From: an uncultured Acidobacteriota bacterium
GTDB taxonomy: Bacteria; Acidobacteriota; Thermoanaerobaculia; UBA5066
Direction of reading: 5' to 3'
Assembly (NCBI GenBank): GCA_963779415.1
Contig: CAVZYA010000001.1
Coordinates: forward strand, 1,088,001 to 1,152,000
Length of the DNA stretch: 64,000 bases
Position 1 is the first letter of the stretch. Each line of letters opens with the position of its first letter. The position numbers and the translations under genes are program-made. Below, one piece after another: positions 57,221 to 64,000 of the stretch. A model generated the notes under the pieces. The model saw nothing but the letters and a program-made list of their open reading frames with translations. It searched no databases and was not told the origin of the DNA.

Positions 57221-58255
57221 TCAGGTCTCCCGGCGCGAGACCTCGCGGCGGGCGAGAGCCCGGATCGGGTCCGGGATGTTGCGGTCCCTCGAGAGCTTCT
57301 TCTGGTCGTCGTGGTGGAGGCGGATCACGAGCGAAAGCGAGGCGTCTATCGGAGTCCGCGAGTTTCGGGCAATCGCGAGCATGATGGAGTACTTCCGCAT
57401 CCACTCCTTGCGGAGGGTGATGTAGCGGAGGACGTCCTCCGAAACGCTCTTCATGTTCGCGATCGTCTCGACGTCACCTTCCCGGGTCTTCGGCGACTTG
57501 AGGACGGCGAGGGCGACGAGGCGGTTCGAGTCGCGGACCAGGAAGAGACGCTCCTCCTTGGACCCCCGCCAGGCGAGGCGGATCTTCTGGGCGACCGTGA
57601 AGTTCGCGAGCCGGGCGAAGAGGCTCGTGTGCTTCTCTTCCGACTCCGCCACGGCGGCGGCGGCCTCCGGGGAGATCGCCGTGGGGGGCGTCGTCTCGTC
57701 GCCCGGCTCGGGAGCGCCCGCCGCCCGGGCCCGCTCGTCCTCCTCGCGCTCCTTCTTCAGGAAGAACTCCTCGAGGAACTCGTCCGCGCGGCGGCGGATG
57801 TCGGGCGAGACGCGCGGGTTCTCGAACAGCCTCTCCACGATCTGCGGCGCCGCGAGGAGCCGGACCTGGTTCGTCACGAGGACGTCCTGCAGGTACGGAT
57901 CGATCCGGTCCGCGAGCCAGGCGAGCGTCTCGTCCGCCACCGCTTTGTGGCGGAGGAGCGGCTCGAGGACCATGGCCTCCTCCGTCCGCCGGGCGATCGC
58001 GTCGAGCTGCTCCGGCCTCACGCCGGACGAAAGAACTGCCTCCCGGAGCGTGTCGGCCTTCAGCTCCCGGAAGCTCTCCTCGGCGAGCGCCCGGAGCGTC
58101 GACTCTCCCCGCGAGAGAAGCGACCCGAGCGCGCGGGCGATCTCGCTCGGCGCGAGCGGGACGAGGCCGCGCGCCGCGAACTCGAGGACCTGAGCGGGCG
58201 CGGTGCCCGACTCGATCTGGGAGAGAAGCTCACTCTCGGTCTCGCCCGGAGCCAT
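57221..58255 (-). CDS. Hypothetical helical-repeat protein (HEAT/LRV-like)
   Basis: AARGLVPL, LFENPR, QKIRLAWRGSKEERLFLVRDSNRLVALAVLKSPK, IARNSRTP. Confidence 0.75.
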   Translation of the reverse strand: MAPGETESELLSQIESGTAPAQVLEFAARGLVPLAPSEIARALGSLLSRGESTLRALAEESFRELKADTLREAVLSSGVRPEQLDAIARRTEEAMVLEPLLRHKAVADETLAWLADRIDPYLQDVLVTNQVRLLAAPQIVERLFENPRVSPDIRRRADEFLEEFFLKKEREEDERARAAGAPEPGDETTPPTAISPEAAAAVAESEEKHTSLFARLANFTVAQKIRLAWRGSKEERLFLVRDSNRLVALAVLKSPKTREGDVETIANMKSVSEDVLRYITLRKEWMRKYSIMLAIARNSRTPIDASLSLVIRLHHDDQKKLSRDRNIPDPIRALARREVSRRET

Positions 58256-58285
58256 GGCCTGAGATTATCGGATGCGGGACGGAAA

Positions 58286-59137
58286 TCAGCCGTTCGTCCG
58301 GTGGGCTCCCGGCTCGATGACGTGGTCCTTCACGACTTCCCCGGGGCGGCCGATCGGCGGAATCGCCCGCCCGTCGATCGTCACGTCGACGCTCCCCGCG
58401 TTCCCGAGGGTCAGCGTGAAGGTTCGGCCGCCCGTGAACTCGCGGGTCGACCCTTTCGGGAAGAGGGAGCGGACGGCCACCCGGCCGTCGACGAGCACCT
58501 CGGTCCAGCAGTCGTCGCGGAAATGGAGCGTCATCGTGCTCGTCCCGGCAGGCGCCGACGGGGATGGGGCTGAGGAGGTGCTTCCCGGAACGGGAGAGCC
58601 TGCCGGGAGGGCCACGGTCGCTGCGGCGACCGCCTGCGGGAGGGCGAGGGACGCCGGACCTCTCTCGGCCCGCGTCGGACCGGGCGCGGCGCCGTGGCGC
58701 GGCTCGGGGGCCCGGGATTTCGCGAGGATCGCGATCCCGGTCGCGATCGCGAGCGTTGCGGTCACCGCCACGACGCGGATCATCGTGCTCGAGGCGACGC
58801 TTCGCCGCGAGTGCGGGGTCGAAATCGTCTCCGTCATCGGGCGGATGGACGGAGCGGAGGACGTCTCCTTCGGCCGCGACGCCTCCCACGCCTCGAAGAC
58901 GTGCCGGTACGCCGCCACCGTCCGTTCCGGGTCGAGACCGAGGTGGAGGGAGATGGCGCGGATGAAGCCGCGCGAGAAGACGAGCGCGGGGAGGATCTCG
59001 AATCGCCCGGTCTCGAGCGCCTCGATCTGGCGCACCGACACTTTCGTCACGAGAGCAAGCTGCTCCCGCGTCACTTCCCGAAGCTCCCGCTCGCGGCGGA
59101 GCTCCTCCCCGAAATCCCGAGGGGTTTCGACTTTCAC
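58286..59137 (-). CDS. RodZ-like protein (HTH, TM, DUF4115-like domain)
   Basis: FGEELRRERELR..IEALETG..FSRGFIRA; TM; DCWTEVLVDG..LTLGNAGSVDVTIDG. Confidence 0.85.
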   Translation of the reverse strand: MKVETPRDFGEELRRERELREVTREQLALVTKVSVRQIEALETGRFEILPALVFSRGFIRAISLHLGLDPERTVAAYRHVFEAWEASRPKETSSAPSIRPMTETISTPHSRRSVASSTMIRVVAVTATLAIATGIAILAKSRAPEPRHGAAPGPTRAERGPASLALPQAVAAATVALPAGSPVPGSTSSAPSPSAPAGTSTMTLHFRDDCWTEVLVDGRVAVRSLFPKGSTREFTGGRTFTLTLGNAGSVDVTIDGRAIPPIGRPGEVVKDHVIEPGAHRTNG

Positions 59138-59145
59138 GGCCCGAG

Positions 59146-59928
59146 CTACGTTAAGACCCGCTTCCCGGCCCTGTCAATGAATCGCGGGGGCGATTCGAGG
59201 AGACGCCGCACCCAGGCCGAGAGAAGCGGCGCGAGTGTCTCGTCCGCGGCCAGCCGGACCCACTCGGCCCGTGTCGACGAGACGAGCAGGGCGAGCGCCG
59301 CGCCCCGCGGCGTCCGCGGGTGCCGGATCAACGCCTCGCGGACCGCCGGCCGCCCCGCCCACCGGGGGATCGCCGCGAGGGCCGCGAGAGCCGACGCCTC
59401 CGGACGCCCGACGGTGAGCCAACGGACGACGTCGTCGGGGACGAGGCGGGAGTTCTGGCAGAGCGCCTCGAGGATCATCGGGTCATTCTCCTCGAGGAGG
59501 GGAAGGAAGAGATCGCGGTCGGCGAGCCGCGAGAGCGCCGCCTTCTCCCCCCGGGAGAGCTGCCGGAGCATCGCGAGGAGCCTGCGGCTCGCCGCCTGGC
59601 GGACGGGACCCGGCGCGCGGACCTCGCGGGCGACGGCGGCGAGATCCCGCCACGAGAGGTCCTCGAGAACATGGAGCGCCTCGGCCCGCGGCGTGGAAGG
59701 GTGCTCGGCGAGAGCGCGGCGAATGGCCCGCGCCCGCAGGAGCGAGCGCATACGGACGATCCGCTCGACGATCTCCGGCGTCGCGAACGGATGCCGGAGG
59801 ACCAGGAGGACCTCACGCTCGTGAAAGCTCTCGAGGTGCTCCTCGACGAGGGCGGCGAGCGTCGGCCCGTCGGCCTCTCCGATCCGGACGGCCCAGGGGA
59901 CCTCCCGGGGCGACTCTTCCTCCGTCAC
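59146..59928 (-). CDS. Hypothetical helical-repeat protein (HEAT/LRV-like)
   Basis: Repeated L.R/HP.TP units (LRHPFATP, LAEHPSTP, LIRHPRTP); overlaps the trpA stop. Confidence 0.72.
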   Translation of the reverse strand: MTEEESPREVPWAVRIGEADGPTLAALVEEHLESFHEREVLLVLRHPFATPEIVERIVRMRSLLRARAIRRALAEHPSTPRAEALHVLEDLSWRDLAAVAREVRAPGPVRQAASRRLLAMLRQLSRGEKAALSRLADRDLFLPLLEENDPMILEALCQNSRLVPDDVVRWLTVGRPEASALAALAAIPRWAGRPAVREALIRHPRTPRGAALALLVSSTRAEWVRLAADETLAPLLSAWVRRLLESPPRFIDRAGKRVLT

Positions 59929-60733
59929 GCCCGCCGCACGGCGGCGGCGAGGCTGCGGACCCGTCCGGCGGCGGCTGCGACGGGGTCTCGGCCTTCCCGC
60001 ACCGCGTCCTCCGCCGACGAGACTACCGCACTGCCGACCACGACTCCGTCGGCGAGACGCGCCACCGACGCGACCTGCTCCGGCGAGGAGATGCCGAAGC
60101 CGACGGCCAGAGGAAGACGGGGAGCCTGCGTCCTGACCCGGGTGATGAGCGCCCCCAGCCCTTCCGAAAGCTCCGCGCGGGCGCCGGTGACGCCCGTCCG
60201 CGAGACGAGGTAGAGGAAACCGCGCGACAGGAGAGCGGCCTTCCGGAGCCTCTCGTCCGGCGAGGTGGGGGCGACGAGGGAGACGAAATCGAGCCCGGCC
60301 TTCCGGAGGCGCGCGGCGAATCCCTTCGCCTCCTCGAACGGCAGGTCCGTCAGGAGAACGCCGTCGGCCCCCGCCTCCTTTGCCCGCCGCGTGAAGAGCT
60401 CCTCCCCCATCGCGAGGATCGGGTTCGAATAGCCGAAGAGGACGACCGCGACGGAGAGCCCGTCGCGGCGAAGGCGCTCGAGGAGGTCGAGGACGGCGGG
60501 CAGCGTCGTCCCGCCGGCGAGGCTCCGCTCGCTCGCCCGCTGGATGACCGGCCCGTCGGCGATCGGGTCGCTGAACGGAATCCCCAGCTCGAGGAGGTCG
60601 GCCCCCGCCTCCTCGAGCGCGGGGAGGAGCCTCGCCGTCGTCGCGAGGTCCGGATCGCCCGCCTCGACGAAGACGACGAGGGCGGCTCGGTTCTCCTTCG
60701 CGGCGCGCGCGAAGGCCCTGCCGATCCGCGTCG

Positions 60734-60737
<4 letters not shown>
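59925..60737 (-). CDS. trpA: Tryptophan synthase alpha chain
   Basis: [45 protein letters not shown]. Confidence 0.95.
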
Positions 60738-61942
<1,205 letters not shown>

Positions 61943-61950
<8 letters not shown>

Positions 61951-63319
61951 GTCGCACCTCCCCGACGAAGGCCGCGACCTTCGCCTCGTCCTTGATCCCG
62001 GGCGACGACTCGACGCCCGACGCCGTGTCGACGGCGAACGGGTGCGCCGCGAGGATCGCCGCGCGGACGTTTTCGGCGCGAAGCCCTCCCGCGACGACGA
62101 ACGGGCGGCGGACGCCGAGGGCGAGAAGACGCGACCAGTCGAAGACCGTCCCCGTCCCCCCCGGCCGGCCCCCCGCCGCCGCGTCGAAGTGAAGGACGTC
62201 GCCCGGCCAGAGAAGCGCCTCCTCGAGGTCGTCCCGCCCCACGCCGACCGTCTGCCAGAGGGCGGGGCCGAACGGAGGCTCCACCGTCCCGGGAGGATCG
62301 GTCAGCTGGACGGCGTCGGGCCGGACGAAGGAGGCCGCCGCACGGACCTCTTCCGTCGTGTTCCCGCCGAAGACGGCGACCACCCCTTTGCCGCCACGGG
62401 CCGCTTCGGCGAGAGCTCGTCCCCGCTCGAGCGTGAGACGCCTCGGCGAACGTGGCGAGAAGATCAGCCCGATCCAGTCGACGCCGAGGCGGAGGCAGAG
62501 CTCCACGTCCTCCTCGCGGGTCAGGCCGCAGATCTTCACCTCGGTCGTGCCGCGTCCGAGGAGGTAGCGGAGCGCCTTGGCGCCGTCTCCCGACTTCAGG
62601 AGCGTCTCGCCGACGAGAAACGCACCGTACCCGGCCGCCGAGAGCCGCGCGACCTCCGCCGCGGTCCTCACGCCGCTCTCGGCGACGCGGACGACGCCCT
62701 CCGGGATCCCGCGCCCCGCCGCCTCGACCGCGGCGAGGTCGACGGTGAACGTCGCGAGGTCGCGGGCGTTCACGCCGACGATCTCCGGCGCGACCGCGAG
62801 GGCTTCGGGGACCTCGCCCGCCCCGTGCGCCTCGACGAGGACCGCGAGGCCGCGCGCCCGGGCGGCGGCATGGAGGCGCGCGAGATCGGCGGCCGGAAGC
62901 GCCGAGACGATCAGGAGGACCGCATCCGCGCCGAGGGAGAGCGCGACGTCGAGCTGCATCTCGTCGACGACGAAGTCCTTCATCAGGACCGGGAGCCCCG
63001 AGGCCGCCTTCGCCCTCGGGATCCAGGCCGGATCGCCCCCGAAGAAGTCCTGCTCGACGACGACGGAGAGAGCGGCCGCGCCGCCGCGCCGGTAAGCCCG
63101 GGCCGTCGCCTCGATCTTCTGCGAGGCGTCCGGGAGAAGAATCCCGGCGGAGGGGGATCGGTGCTTGATCTCGGCGATCACGGCGGGAGGGCGGCGGACC
63201 GCCTCGAGGAAGCGGCGCCCGTCCGACGGAAGAGCCGGCCGGCCGGTGGCCGTGAACTCCCCCCGGGCGAGGCGCGCGCGCTTGGCCGCGAGGATCTCGG
63301 CGAGAATCGTCTCGCTCAC
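61943..63319 (-). CDS. trpCF: Fused indole-3-glycerol-phosphate synthase / phosphoribosylanthranilate isomerase
   Basis: GTG start [10 protein letters not shown]; [23 protein letters not shown] and AESGV run in frame into VKICGLT, GGTG..FDW, AGGL and VDTASGVE. Confidence 0.9.
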
Positions 63320-64000
63320 GCCGCCCCCTTCGAGATGGCCACGAGGAGAAGGAGAGCCTCGCGCGCGGCTCCGCCGTCGATCGCCGCGGCGGCCAGGCCG
63401 ACCCCGTCCCGGAATCCGTCGGCGCGCCCGGCGACGACGAGCGCGGCGGCCGCGCTCATCAGGACCGTCTCGCGATGCATCCCGAGGTCGCCGCCGAGGA
63501 TCGCATGGAGGATCGCCACGTTTCGCGCGACGTCGCCCCCCTTCAGACCGTCCAGGTTTCCTTCCTCGAGGCCGAAGTCGGCGGCCGAAAGGTCGAAGAG
63601 GCGGATCCCTCCCGGCGTCACCTCCGCGACACGGGTCCGGCCGATCGGGAGAAGCTCGTCCCCGCCCGCCTCGTTCGAGTAGACGAAAACCCGCTCGGCG
63701 CCGAGGAGGGCGAAGGCCCCCGCCACCACCTCGATCCGCTCGGGCCGGTCGACGCCGACGATCTGCCGCGGGACCCGCGCCGGGTTGCAGAGCGGCCCCG
63801 CGAGGTTGAAGACCGTCCGGATCCCCAGCTCTCGCCGGAGCGGCGCGACCTTCTTCATCGCCTCGTGGTAGATCGGGCGCGAAGAAGAACCCGATCCCCG
63901 CGCGGCGGAGCGCCTCGACGGCCCTCTCCGGCGGCATCTCGATCTCGACACCGAGCCCCGAGAGGACGTCCGCGGAGCCGCAGGTGGAGGAGACCGCCCG
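63316..64000 (-). CDS. trpD: Anthranilate phosphoribosyltransferase, 3' part; frameshift near 63875
   Basis: [45 protein letters not shown]. Confidence 0.92.
   Translation of the reverse strand, partial: GRSPPPAAPRTSSRGSVSRSRCRRRGPSRRSAARGSGSSSRPIYHEAMKKVAPLRRELGIRTVFNLAGPLCNPARVPRQIVGVDRPERIEVVAGAFALLGAERVFVYSNEAGGDELLPIGRTRVAEVTPGGIRLFDLSAADFGLEEGNLDGLKGGDVARNVAILHAILGGDLGMHRETVLMSAAAALVVAGRADGFRDGVGLAAAAIDGGAAREALLLLVAISKGAA

Noticed and set aside
57218-57228. GGGTCAGGTCT here, and CCTGACCCC near 49460, as further copies of the cassette-junction motif
   Set aside because: Both coincide with ordinary TGA stop codons and lack the AT-rich tail, so chance cannot be excluded.

Overview
This is a very GC-rich, gene-dense chromosomal window from a diderm bacterium. 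Gene order and protein repertoire suggest Acidobacteriota, probably Thermoanaerobaculia (inference only). It holds ggt (partial), a membrane Ser/Thr kinase, an EF-G paralogue and two VapBC toxin-antitoxin pairs. A lysS-lolC/E-lolD-clpC-bamA-skp-lpxD-fabZ-lpxA envelope cluster follows, then hpt, ridA and a secreted PA-domain zinc protease with a duplicated C-terminal domain. The middle has threonine aldolase, an orphan histidine kinase, a MacAB-like exporter, an M16 peptidase pair, ribF, rimO, a wHTH/TolB-like regulator, asnS, an acyl-CoA dehydrogenase, a DUF4388-like protein coupled to a diguanylate cyclase, mpg, two PP2C phosphatases, dacB and a nuclease-DinG fusion. It ends in a trpD-trpCF-trpB-trpA operon that runs into five poorly characterised genes. 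About nine frameshifts in conserved genes look like long-read indel errors. Strongest unusual signals: (1) an 834-bp integrase-free vapBC cassette bracketed by a perfect 59-bp direct repeat of a host gene's 5' end; (2) a family of short GC hairpin repeats, with a larger related palindrome read in frame inside mpg; (3) many TANNNT boxes 5-10 nt before start codons, implying leaderless and bidirectional promoters. I saw no rRNA, tRNA, CRISPR array, integrase or transposase.
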